Below, piece by piece: positions 1-9,792 of a stretch of 32,000 nt of DNA. Numbering within the stretch: the first letter of the stretch is position 1; each line of letters begins with the position of its first letter. A model generated the notes under the pieces. The model did no database searches. It saw nothing but the letters and a program-made list of their open reading frames with translations, and was not told where the DNA came from. This DNA comes from Raphidiopsis brookii D9 (GTDB taxonomy: Bacteria; Cyanobacteriota; Cyanobacteriia; Cyanobacteriales; Nostocaceae), in assembly GCA_000175855.1 (NCBI GenBank), contig ACYB01000001.1, positions 1 through 32,000 of the forward strand, written 5' to 3'. A program made the position numbers and the translations under genes.

Positions 1-81
1 CTTGAGACAAGAAGTGTTTTCTTCCCTGGGACTGTTGTTTTGGATAGGGTAAGTGGAAATGTGAGTTGTTTAATAGCATTG

Positions 82-340
82 GATCCCCGCCAACCCCCCT
101 TAAAAAGGGGGGGCTTTTAGACTAAACACGATGTATATAAAATATTTATATTGTGAAGTCTGTTAAGTATAATATGGTGAGCTCGCTCTTTTAACCACCG
201 TTAATTTTAATAGGTTCTGTACTATGGTTTTTTCTTTCTCCCTAGGATTTACTCCATCCATTACAATATAAGCAGCTCCAATTCATCATAAACCAACTAA
301 AAACAATTAGCCCCCCTTTTTAAGGGGGGTTGGGGGGATC
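82..340. mobile_element. MITE-like non-coding element with terminal inverted repeats (copy 1)
   Basis: Left end GATCCCCGCCAACCCCCCTTAAAAAGGGGGGGC; right end ...GCCCCCCTTTTTAAGGGGGGTTGGGGGGATC is its near-perfect inverse. ~259 bp, no ORF. Confidence 0.7.
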
Positions 341-518
341 AAGAAAATTTAAACCTTCTTAGGGGGTATTTGAAACTGATTACTCTTTAGGATAATACCT
401 GCAGCGCACTCGCACACTCCCGATGATGCTCAAAATTCCCTGGAGAGAAGAGTGTTTATTCTGTGAGACTGTTGGTTTTTATAGGGTAAGTGGAAATGTG
501 AGTTGTTTAATAGCATCG

Positions 519-775
519 GATCCCCCCCAACCCCCCTTAAAAAGGGGGGCTTTTAGATTAAACATGATATATATAAAATATTTATATTGTGAAGTCTGTT
601 AAGTATAATATGGTGAGCTCGCTCTTTTAACCACCGTTAATTTTAATAGGTTCTGTACTATGGTTTTTTCTTTCTCCCTAGGATTTACTCCATCCATTAC
701 AATATAAGCAGCTCCAATTCATCATAAACCAACTAAAAACAATTAGCCCTGCTTTTTAAGGGGGTTGGGGGGATC
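519..775. mobile_element. MITE-like non-coding element with terminal inverted repeats (copy 2)
   Basis: Left end GATCCCCCCCAACCCCCCTTAAAAAGGGGGGC; right end GCCCTGCTTTTTAAGGGGGTTGGGGGGATC. Interior is nearly identical to the element at 82-340. Confidence 0.7.
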
Positions 776-836
776 AAGAGAATTTAAACCTTCTTAGGGG
801 GTATTTGAAACTGATTACTCTTTAGGAAAGGAGGGT

Positions 837-3800
837 CTATTTTTTCCACTGAGATGCTTTTTCTAAATCTGCCATTTTTAAATCGCTACCCTCATAAACT
901 AGTCCTTTAAATCGACAGTAGTTATATGCTACACCATCATCTAAATCTAGTTTAATTCGAGCATCGGCTAAATGTTGCAGTTTTTCTTGATATTCTGCTA
1001 GTTCTGACTGTTGGTCTTGTAATTCTTTGAGACGCTTACTAGCAATTTTTTTATCTGCATTGTTGGTGCTGATTTCCAGTTGTTTTTGATATTTAGTGAT
1101 TTCTCCTTCTAGTTTGATTTGCAGTTCTAACACATAGTCTGTGCGCATACGAGCCAGGGCATCTTCCTGGTAACGGTGTAAATAGATTAAGGCATTAAAG
1201 GCTCGTTTTTTTCCGCTAGTGAATAACCAGTATATGGGACGTTTTTTATAGGTTTGGATATGGTCGGAGATAAATTCTTGCAGAAAGTAGCGTTGGATCC
1301 TTTCTCGCGGACTTTCCCCATTTTTGAGGGTGAGGGTGTCAGCAATAAATTTCAGGTTTTCGCTGCAAGTATCTGCACTGTAGGCAATTTGGATAAATTC
1401 TTCAAAACGGGTAATGATGTCATCGGTAAAATAGGTTTGATCTGTGATGGGAATTATGGCATGATTGCTAGCTGGGAACTGTTGGTGGAGAGATGGGTCA
1501 AAGGGGTTTCCAGCATGAATGATGCCAGGTTTGTCAAGACTATACCTGCCCATGATACAACCTACTATGTAGGACAGGAGGGAACGGATATCTCGTTGTT
1601 GATCTGCACGGTTGATTGTAATTTGGTCTTCTGGGACTTCTGGAGTTAATTCTGTTTCTAGTCCGTAGGTTTGGATCCAGTAGCGGTTATTTTCTTCTTC
1701 TAGGAGTTGCAGTTGTCGGAATGCGGTTTCTGATTGGTTTTGCCATTGGGTGAAGCATTGGGAGATGGAGGGGGAATTGTGGCGCAATAATGGATGGGTT
1801 AGGAAGTCCCAGGAGGTTTCAAGGTTATCCCAATCTTGACGAGAAATGTTAATTGCCTGATCTATATTTTCAGTGATCTTAATTTGGGCTGTGTCGATAG
1901 TATTATTAAGTATTGGAAAATTTGATATTTGTCCAACTTCAAAATTTAATGTTGGAGAAAGTGAGCCTGTTGTACCATTCATAACAGGTGAATTCATCAC
2001 TCCTAAAATTGCTTTAATTATAGTTTTATCATTTGAAAATATTGACATACCTGCATCCGCAAAAATAAACCCTTGGGGATAAAATCTCAACGAAAAATAA
2101 CTACTTGTTACCTTGGACCAACTTACACTTTCTTTAAAATATTTATCTGTATTTTGGGGACGTGATCTAGGTTTCATTCCATATTCAATGCCAAAATTAC
2201 GAATCTCAAAACCATCATTTTCCCAATTAACAACATATTGTTGATTCCCATACCATTTTCTAAATTCTCCGCCTTTATTATAGGGAAACCATTTTTTTCC
2301 AGATTTTTTTAGCAGCTTCCCGGTTATCTAATCCAAACCCTATATTATTAATATTAACTTCTGTCCATAAGCGCAAAAATTTATCATTATTGCCGGTTTG
2401 CAATCCAACACATGGAGATGCAATATCATTTAGAGGTTTAGATTCCTGAAAAATCTCTAAAACTCTCTCACTTACCCAATAGGCGATCGCACTTCCTGGA
2501 ATTTTAGAGAAATTTTCTGATGTGACATAAAAGACACCTGTACCATCTGAGGACTTTGCATTACGAACATTATTCATTGCGGGAAATATTTTTGGTTTTT
2601 CACCATTTTCATCTAAATCTTCTGTTTCAATCCATGTATATGAACCAATACAATTTTGATTATCTTTTTTACGTAAACTAAAAGCGGAAGTGCCGAAAGC
2701 AATTTTCATTACATTATTATCCATGTGAAGCAATGTCAGAATTGAATAATCATTTAATATATGTTTCCTCAAATGTTCATAGCTACTCAAAAACATCCAT
2801 GATTGCATAACTACCATTGCTGTCATTCCTTCATCTCTGGTTATTTTAATCAACCGTTCCATGAAAACGGCAAATAAATCTCCTTTACTTTTTTTGTAGT
2901 ATTTTTCGGCAAAAGATTTAATGGTTTCGTTAAAACTCCTATTACCCATATAGGGAGGATTTGCGACCACTACCCAATACTTATTAGTCAATAATTCAGC
3001 TTGACGAATTAAACTATCTAAAAAAGCAATATCTTTTCCCTTCAAAATAGGATTACTCAACTCCAAATCTGCCAATTGCTTTCTCAAAATAGTGCCATCA
3101 AAAGATGGCGGTGTGATCAAACTTCCTAAATTATCTGCATCTACAAAAGCACCCAGTAATGGTTGCCAATCCTTCTCCATCAATTTCCCTGTAGTTGGTA
3201 ACTTATACCCCCGTGTACAGCGCACAGTTTTAATATTCAAAGCAGGAACATTCCTAAAAATACGCTTATTTATAGCCCTTGCCTTCATTAAAACTGCAAA
3301 ACTCGCTAACTGTACAGCTCTCTCATCTATGTCCAATCCATACAAATTGTGACTCAGGATAAGTCCGGGAATATCCTTTTCCAAATATCCCTGCTCCTTA
3401 TAAATTTCCATCAATAAATCGAAAGCATAGACCAAAATATGTCCACTTCCACAAGCAGGATCAATTACTGTTAACTCCTCCGGTGTCAAAGCAATTCCTG
3501 GACTTACCTTTTCTTTCAACAATCCCAACAATGGAGCTGTATCCGATACTTTTGATTCTTCTTGTTCTTCCCCACCCCTGATTTTTTCACCCTCCAAATA
3601 ATAGGGCATTTTTTCCCGTAATTTTGATTGGGGGTGGTTTTCTAACCATAACCTACCTAAACTATTTTCCACCATATACTGCACAATCCACCGAGGTGTG
3701 AATAGTTGGGTTGCTGCTGGTATATCCTTAGCTTCTACCTTAGATTTGGCTCCAATTACCTGGTCTTTGCGCTCAGAAATATAAAATTGATATAGCCATC

Positions 3801-4490
3801 CCACTATCTCTATATCTTCCCATTCCTCCTGGGCAATTTCTTTCACCAGTCTCCCAATGATTGAATCTTGACCTAGTAGATTAACTGGCAAAAGTAATGC
3901 TGGATACCTCGTATCAAACAAGGCTGGTATACTAGAAGACAAAGCCTGACATTGAGCTAATAATAATTGACGATATAGATATTCTTCTGGGTTGGTCTGT
4001 TGACTTGCTAGATCCTCCCATTGTTTTAGGGTTTGTTGGTTAATTCCAGCTATTTCTCCCGTGTCTGCTATGGAATCCCTATCTCGCAAAATGTCTGGAT
4101 CTACCAAATTGCGATCGCTACTACTTAAAACCCTTCCGATGTAGCCTTTAACCTCCATAAAGCGCAGTGCTACTAATCGGTTAAACCAGGTATAGGCAAT
4201 TTCCTCAACAAGTATATCCAGCACACTATTAGCTTGTTTGTTTAACTGTTTATCTAAATTTTTAGATACTTGTTGTTCTAATAAATATTTTATATGAGAT
4301 TGTAGTTCTTGATATTGTGTAGCTTCTTGGCTATTGAGTGTTTGTTCCCCACTTAATAAACCTCCTGCAAAATTCCTCTGGTCAGTAATGGTTTTTCCGT
4401 AATGGCAAGTTGGGTAGCACGTGTGCTTACCTGTTCTCTTAGATGGTTCCGTGCCCAAATGGCAAAGTTCTTGATAGTGGTTCTATTCAT
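837..4490 (-). pseudogene. pglX: BREX adenine-specific DNA methyltransferase PglX, ~1217 codons, interrupted by two 1-nt frameshifts (as sequenced)
   Basis: ORFs 2278..4458 (VIDPACGSGHILVYAFDLL motif I, NPPYMGN motif IV) and 837..2177 (C-terminal part). By hand, the frame from ATG at 4490 gives MNRTTIKNFAIWARNHLREQVSTRATQLAITEK, a PglX-like N-terminus, then shifts at T5 (4392-4396). The two ORFs are joined by KKWFPYNKGGEFRKWYGNQQYVVNWENDGFEIRNFGIEYGMKPRSR if one base is removed from T7 at 2292-2298. First and last segments share the same frame. Confidence 0.9.
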
Positions 4491-4585
4491 ATACAAAAGT
4501 TTAATACTAATTTTATTTTTTATTTTTTTATTTTTGACTTTTCCCTGGGTTTTTAAACCAGGGAATCTACTGCAGTAAAAAATCT

Positions 4586-5368
4586 TTATTGTGTTAAATT
4601 ACTAACCCCAAACCCATCAACCACAACTTGATTACAAGACTGACCACCACTAGGAAGTAGGAGATCTGCCAGTTTTTGACCAGACTGAGGGCGTTTGATT
4701 TTTAGACGAATTTCTGTGGCAAGATTGTTCGTAGAATCGCATTTAAGGTTCAAACTGGAAGAACTACCACTGCCAAAAGTTCCTTCAAATGCTGTTTTTA
4801 CCTGATCTAGGGAGACTGTTTCACCTATGTGCTCAATAAATAAATTTCGCACTTGAGAATCATTAAATTCCTTCAGTAGGTCTACGGATAGATCATAGTA
4901 ATTATCTGAGTTTCTCCCATCACAGGTTCCATGTTTGATCCATTCATGACGTTCAAGACTAGACTCTCCAAAACCTGGCATTACTTCATCTAATTCATCA
5001 GTAGTTTCCGTATCTACCTCCACTATGGGTAAATCTTTCCAGTTCCCGGTTTTGTCGTTCTCTATATAACTAGCAGAAACATTGCAGTATTCCAGCTTAT
5101 CTGGCCATAATCCATGCAAAGTGAAGTTATTAGCATCGTAACTGGTTGCTGTTTGTTCCTGACATTCTGCTTTGTACCCATGGGTTTCACAAAATCCAGG
5201 TTGCCAGGATAGTGCTAAAGTATATTTTTGAGCGCATCCTTTCGGGGGACAATTATCTGCTATTGCAGTTCCTTGATTAGTAAGTAAGAAAGCTAGTACA
5301 CATGCTACTACTAGTCTTAACGATTGCATAATTCGTACAGTCATAAGTTTAAACTCGCTAGAAAACAC
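4586..5368 (-). CDS. Ribonuclease T2 family protein with predicted Sec signal peptide
   Basis: Conserved motifs LSWQPGFC, FTLHGLWPD (CAS-1) and HEWIKHGTC (CAS-2), cysteine-rich. N-terminus MQSLRLVVACVLAFLLTNQGTAIA looks like a signal peptide; true start is probably this internal Met. Confidence 0.9.
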   Translation of the reverse strand: MFSSEFKLMTVRIMQSLRLVVACVLAFLLTNQGTAIADNCPPKGCAQKYTLALSWQPGFCETHGYKAECQEQTATSYDANNFTLHGLWPDKLEYCNVSASYIENDKTGNWKDLPIVEVDTETTDELDEVMPGFGESSLERHEWIKHGTCDGRNSDNYYDLSVDLLKEFNDSQVRNLFIEHIGETVSLDQVKTAFEGTFGSGSSSSLNLKCDSTNNLATEIRLKIKRPQSGQKLADLLLPSGGQSCNQVVVDGFGVSNLTQ

Positions 5369-5425
5369 ACAAAATTTATCACGTTATTATAGAACTGTTG
5401 GGTATAGAATAAATCCACTTGTCAA

Positions 5426-8400
5426 TCATCTTTCCAAACGGATTCTGCAACCTCTTTGAATCTGTTTGAGAAATTCTTCCCGCAATGCTCCCAGATACAC
5501 CTCCACATCTTCTTCATTTTCTAGCACTTTGGTGGGATTAAATCTCCCCACCTGAATGAAGGTGATGGGTTTTGCTGCATGATATGACTTACCCAATTCT
5601 TCTTGAACCTTTTGAGCTTTACCATCTATTTTCTTCCATAACTGGTTTGTCTTGTCGCTTAATTCACTCCGATGGGCGATCGCTGAATCAATAGTTTTTA
5701 TTTCCGATGGGTGAAAATTTTTTATCTCCTGGGGGATCTCAGAAATTTCATTGGCAATTGCTGGGTATTGCTTTTGAATATAATCCCGCATTTCTTTTTC
5801 TTGGTTTTCCATTTCTTGCTGCAGTTCCCCAATCTTTTGTCGGAGGAGTTCCTGTATTTTTTGCTGCACGGGTTCCAGCAATTTTGGCAACTGGTGTATT
5901 ACGCTAGTTGGGTCATCCATCTTGAGAATTTCCTCAACGGATTTTACCCGCTCTAGCAGTTCCTCTTCCTCGATATGGCGCAGTTCTGATTTCAACTCTT
6001 TTAAACTCTGTTGAGCTCCTTGAAATATTTTCAGTTGTGAGTTAAAGAAAGACTTTAACTTTTGTAACTCATCAATATATTCTTCCAGGTCATCCCGACG
6101 ACTACGAACAAGCTGCAAAAACTCCGGTTCATGAGAGTTGTCGGTTCTTAGCTCTTCTAGCATAGCTATGTGGTGTCCCAGCAAATTCCCAAATGGTAAT
6201 TGCTGTTCTTGAGTCAGTTTTAACCATTCTTTTAACCTTTCAACATGGTCCCATAAGAATTCTTTATATGTTTGAAATAGTTTTCCACTCTCCGTAGGTA
6301 TGTCTAGTATATTCTTATCAAGTAATTTACTGGCTAAGTCCCTAGCTACCTTTAAACTAGCTGGATCAATGGTACTAGCCAATTTCACAATATAAGTTTC
6401 TTTCCCCTCACGAGAAAGTAACTTATCTATTAATCCTTCTTCTATATTGACCTTACCTTGTGCGTGTCTCAATTCAACTACACCTGCATTAGCCAATTCT
6501 GCCATTATCCCTAGGGTGTCTAGTTCTGACCAACCATAGGGAGTACGGGTAAACTTATCCATTAAAGATTTAATCGTAGTTGGATGATATTTATTTTGAC
6601 TATGCAAAAAAGATTCCATCTCTTTGTGTGCGGATATATTAACTACCTTATCCGCATCTCCATCGATAGTCCTTTCTTGGATATGACGGGTTAAGGCATT
6701 TTTCACCTGCTCTGGATTTTCAAATCCACTATGGATGTATTGTAACTTGCTATAAGCATTCTTAATTAAATAGGTAAGAGATTGTTTTAACAACTCTGTT
6801 GCAAATTCAGTTCGAGTAATTTCTACTTTATTGCCATAACTAAACACATCCGCACTGGCAATGAGTTTTTTTAGGGTATCTTTGATATTTTCCTCCCGCT
6901 GTGTATTTTCCTCTTTTCGTCCTGCTATAATTTTTTGAATACTAGGACTAAGATTACTACTAGTTTTTTGGCGCAAATACTGATCTGTTTGACTAAACGT
7001 CTCTAAATCTTGCAAAAAGTGATTGTTGTTCCCTATCCTAATTAATAATTCTAAACTGGACTGGGTTGTGATTATACACTTTTCGTTATTCTCAAATTCA
7101 GCATAGTTCTCTCCATAGGGAGTAATAATATGCACAGTCAGTTCTTGTAATTTCTTTCCATAATCACGTTCATCTAACTTACGATTAAATGAATACTTAC
7201 GTTTACCAAATTTGAATTCCCTATCGGTCAAAATTGATTCCCACACCCATTCCTGCAGTTTTTTGTAAATCTCCGTTGGGTTCACCCTTGTGTTTTTAAT
7301 TTCTTTACCAATATCTTGCTCTTCGTTTGTAAGAAATATGTACTCATCTGTATTACGCTGAATTAGGGTTTGTTTTTCCAATCTTCCTAGGGCTTCTGCT
7401 ACTTGTTTTTTCAAACCTAGTCTGTCTTGGTCTATATTGGTTAAACTCAAGGTAGTTAAGTTTTCTATGTTTGTCCTAATCTCTTTAATATATTTAATCA
7501 TAAATAGGGTTTTTAAGAGCTGAATATCAAACTCCTCTAGTTGGGGATTATTCGTAGCCTGAGTAATCACCTGACTAATAACACTATCCAAAAAACCCTC
7601 AATTGCCAAATAAAAAGTATGAAAAGGAACTAACCTACCCAGGGATTGTGCGGAAATTGCTTGAGAAGCAACCTGAAAAGCATCCAGTAAGGAGCGCTCT
7701 CCCGATGCTAAATGTTTACCCGCCGAACCCATTAACCGAATTTGGGTAAACACCTTCTGCAACAGATAAAACTGATAGGGAATAAACGGATAGGCTGCCA
7801 CAAAATCCTGTGCATTCTTATACCCTGGCATATCTGCAGAGTCCTTAAAGGTGATTTGGTTTGTGAGAATGGCAATTTTTTCGGTATATAAATCTTCTAA
7901 ACGTTTTTTGGCTTCCTCAGTTTTAGACAATAACCGTAATTTAATCACCTCATCAGTATTAGCAGAAGATAAATTCAGGGGACGATGAAAACGCCCAATA
8001 ATTTTCGAGAAGTCTTCCCCCTTGATTTTATTTTTGGTGATTTCATCCATAGCTTCTTGGGATGTGACCACCACCCAAGCTCTTCCCTGACTATGGATAC
8101 CCAGATCTTCCACTACTGTTTGCAGATTGAGCATTAATTTGGTGTCTTCGCCAATATACTGACCTACTTCATCTACCATAAAAACTAGGCGATGTTTTGG
8201 TCCCTTGGTGTGCAAATACTCTTTAACTGTTTTGGCAAACTCTTCTGGACTTAAAGTATATTTCTCATTGAACTCTAATAGGCGATTAGCTTGTTCTTCA
8301 CTCATTCCTGTGCTAACTGTTAAAGCAGCAACAATATCATCTTGATAAAAAGCCCAAGCTTCTCGAGTTTCTTCCCAGGATTGTTTGGTTTGGCTATAAA

Positions 8401-8968
8401 AAGCCTCTTTGAAGGACTGATACTTACCCTGACTTTCTAATTGACGTTCAAACCGGGCAATTTCCGGTGTTGTGCCAAAATATCCCAAATGGTCGTCAAA
8501 GACTTTTTGGAATACCTTGGTAATGGTTTCTTTGTCATTTTTATTATTGGCATCGGCCTTAGAATCAATATTAAAGAGAATTACATCACAATGAGTTTGT
8601 GCTGCTAAGGCAATATTTGCCAATAGGGATGGGTCGGGAATTCTTTGGGAATCAAAGTAATCTAAAGCCCGATTATTTCCCACTGAACGATTTTCTAGTA
8701 GATAGGAAAGTATTTTGAGGAAATGAGATTTGCCAGAACCAAAGAATCCCGAAATCCACACGCCCATCTGGTCGGTTGGACTTTCAATTGATTCGGCAAA
8801 TCTGCCAAAAAAAGTATAAAAATGCTTCTTGAGTTCTTCGGTAACTACATACTCTTCTAACTCTTGACGAATATTAGTATCATCCTGCTGTCCCACCTTG
8901 ATGACACCATTAATACTGCGGTTAATATCCTTGGCAAACAGTTCAGTAATGTTCATAGACAGCTCCAT
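5426..8968 (-). CDS. brxC: BREX system P-loop ATPase BrxC
   Basis: 1180 aa; N-terminus MNITELFAKDINRSINGVIKVGQ, GVWISGFFGSGKSHFLK (Walker A), VFMVDEVGQYIG; size and organisation typical of BrxC. Start slightly overlaps brxB. Confidence 0.93.
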   Translation of the reverse strand: MELSMNITELFAKDINRSINGVIKVGQQDDTNIRQELEEYVVTEELKKHFYTFFGRFAESIESPTDQMGVWISGFFGSGKSHFLKILSYLLENRSVGNNRALDYFDSQRIPDPSLLANIALAAQTHCDVILFNIDSKADANNKNDKETITKVFQKVFDDHLGYFGTTPEIARFERQLESQGKYQSFKEAFYSQTKQSWEETREAWAFYQDDIVAALTVSTGMSEEQANRLLEFNEKYTLSPEEFAKTVKEYLHTKGPKHRLVFMVDEVGQYIGEDTKLMLNLQTVVEDLGIHSQGRAWVVVTSQEAMDEITKNKIKGEDFSKIIGRFHRPLNLSSANTDEVIKLRLLSKTEEAKKRLEDLYTEKIAILTNQITFKDSADMPGYKNAQDFVAAYPFIPYQFYLLQKVFTQIRLMGSAGKHLASGERSLLDAFQVASQAISAQSLGRLVPFHTFYLAIEGFLDSVISQVITQATNNPQLEEFDIQLLKTLFMIKYIKEIRTNIENLTTLSLTNIDQDRLGLKKQVAEALGRLEKQTLIQRNTDEYIFLTNEEQDIGKEIKNTRVNPTEIYKKLQEWVWESILTDREFKFGKRKYSFNRKLDERDYGKKLQELTVHIITPYGENYAEFENNEKCIITTQSSLELLIRIGNNNHFLQDLETFSQTDQYLRQKTSSNLSPSIQKIIAGRKEENTQREENIKDTLKKLIASADVFSYGNKVEITRTEFATELLKQSLTYLIKNAYSKLQYIHSGFENPEQVKNALTRHIQERTIDGDADKVVNISAHKEMESFLHSQNKYHPTTIKSLMDKFTRTPYGWSELDTLGIMAELANAGVVELRHAQGKVNIEEGLIDKLLSREGKETYIVKLASTIDPASLKVARDLASKLLDKNILDIPTESGKLFQTYKEFLWDHVERLKEWLKLTQEQQLPFGNLLGHHIAMLEELRTDNSHEPEFLQLVRSRRDDLEEYIDELQKLKSFFNSQLKIFQGAQQSLKELKSELRHIEEEELLERVKSVEEILKMDDPTSVIHQLPKLLEPVQQKIQELLRQKIGELQQEMENQEKEMRDYIQKQYPAIANEISEIPQEIKNFHPSEIKTIDSAIAHRSELSDKTNQLWKKIDGKAQKVQEELGKSYHAAKPITFIQVGRFNPTKVLENEEDVEVYLGALREEFLKQIQRGCRIRLER

Positions 8969-9545
8969 GATGAGGTATTAAAGCGAAAGCTCGATAGTAG
9001 TTATCACTTTTAAAGGTATTAAATAAACAGAGTTCATGTCCATCATAGGATCCGGGGAAGAACAGCACTAAGGGAATGTGGTCAAGATAAGGTTGGAGAC
9101 CATTCAAAATACTGTGGGATCTAATTAGGGGCCAACTCGCTCCAACTCCAGTCAGGAATACCAATTGTTCGTTCCCTTGGAGGTGGTTTTGGATCTGAGC
9201 AATCACCTTTTCGGGTCGAACTATGGATTGGATTTTATTCCCGAGAGATTTGCACCCTTCTTTCGCTTCTACCATAAAAGCTTTATTGAGAATTCCTTTT
9301 TCTTGTAATAGTTCTAGGATTATCTTATACAGATTGAATTCTTTAACGATTAAATTTATTGGATCCTTAGTTAGTTGGGAAACAAGTACTTTAGTATATT
9401 CTTGAACATATAGTTCGTCTTCTGGAGCATAATCAAAAACATAGAAACCAATCTCATTGCCAATACCACGATTTTCCAACAGTCGGGAGTCTTGTAGTTT
9501 AGGTAGTAGTTGATTTAATCGTTCCTGAATACTCAATTTAGACAT
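8943..9545 (-). CDS. brxB: BREX protein BrxB (DUF1788 family)
   Basis: 200 aa; GNEIGFYVFDYAPEDEL, FLTGVGASWPLIRSHSILNGLQ, PLVLFFPGSYDG typical of DUF1788. Located directly upstream of brxC with overlapping ends. Confidence 0.9.
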   Translation of the reverse strand: MSKLSIQERLNQLLPKLQDSRLLENRGIGNEIGFYVFDYAPEDELYVQEYTKVLVSQLTKDPINLIVKEFNLYKIILELLQEKGILNKAFMVEAKEGCKSLGNKIQSIVRPEKVIAQIQNHLQGNEQLVFLTGVGASWPLIRSHSILNGLQPYLDHIPLVLFFPGSYDGHELCLFNTFKSDNYYRAFALIPHHGAVYEHY

Positions 9546-9792
9546 CTGTTTTAGGTTAGCAGCACTAAAGACTTAGTATAACAGGCGATCGCATTTTTGA
9601 GGAGAGACTATTATATTTTGTGTTATGTTTTATTCGGAGAGGTTTGCAGACCGTAGCGTGGTTCTTGGGTATCACTATAGGTTAGACTTTACATGTTTTG
9701 ACAGTAGGGAAACCCATTGGTAAAGTCAAAGCGCTAGGATCATTCAACCAGTTGGGTCGACAGACCGTAGCGCGGTTCTGGGTAATATCCAC

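Larger units (their letters stand above)
1..827. repeat. Tandem direct duplication, period ~436 bp; copy 1 = 1(or beyond left edge)-392, copy 2 = ~438-827
   Basis: 'atagggtaagtggaaatgtgagttgtttaatagcat' occurs at 44 and 481; 'gggggtatttgaaactgattactctttagga' ends at 392 and 827. The core 'ttgtgaagtctgttaagtataatatggtgagctcgctc...aaaaacaattag' appears identical in both copies. The match seems to continue, more diverged, to the left edge. Confidence 0.95.

Noticed and set aside
1-830. CRISPR array hypothesis for the left repeats
   Set aside because: Only two ~436-bp units with inverted-repeat ends; no short regularly spaced repeats with unique spacers. No CRISPR array was seen elsewhere in the window.
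1254-1649. 131-aa plus-strand ORF
   Set aside because: Antisense shadow of the pglX C-terminal coding region; no recognisable domain.
1873-2082. 69-aa plus-strand ORF
   Set aside because: Antisense shadow of pglX.
3092-3352. 86-aa plus-strand ORF
   Set aside because: Antisense to conserved pglX methyltransferase sequence.
4388-4400. Programmed -1 ribosomal frameshift at the pglX N-terminus
   Set aside because: In the start frame the site reads ACG GAA AAA CCA, which does not fit a canonical X XXY YYZ heptamer. An indel or sequencing error is more likely.
5707-5956. Two overlapping plus-strand ORFs (66 and 81 aa), hydrophobic-looking
   Set aside because: Antisense to the coiled-coil C-terminus of brxC; hydrophobicity is a by-product of complementing Lys/Glu codons.
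9223-9405. 60-aa plus-strand ORF
   Set aside because: Shadow of brxB.
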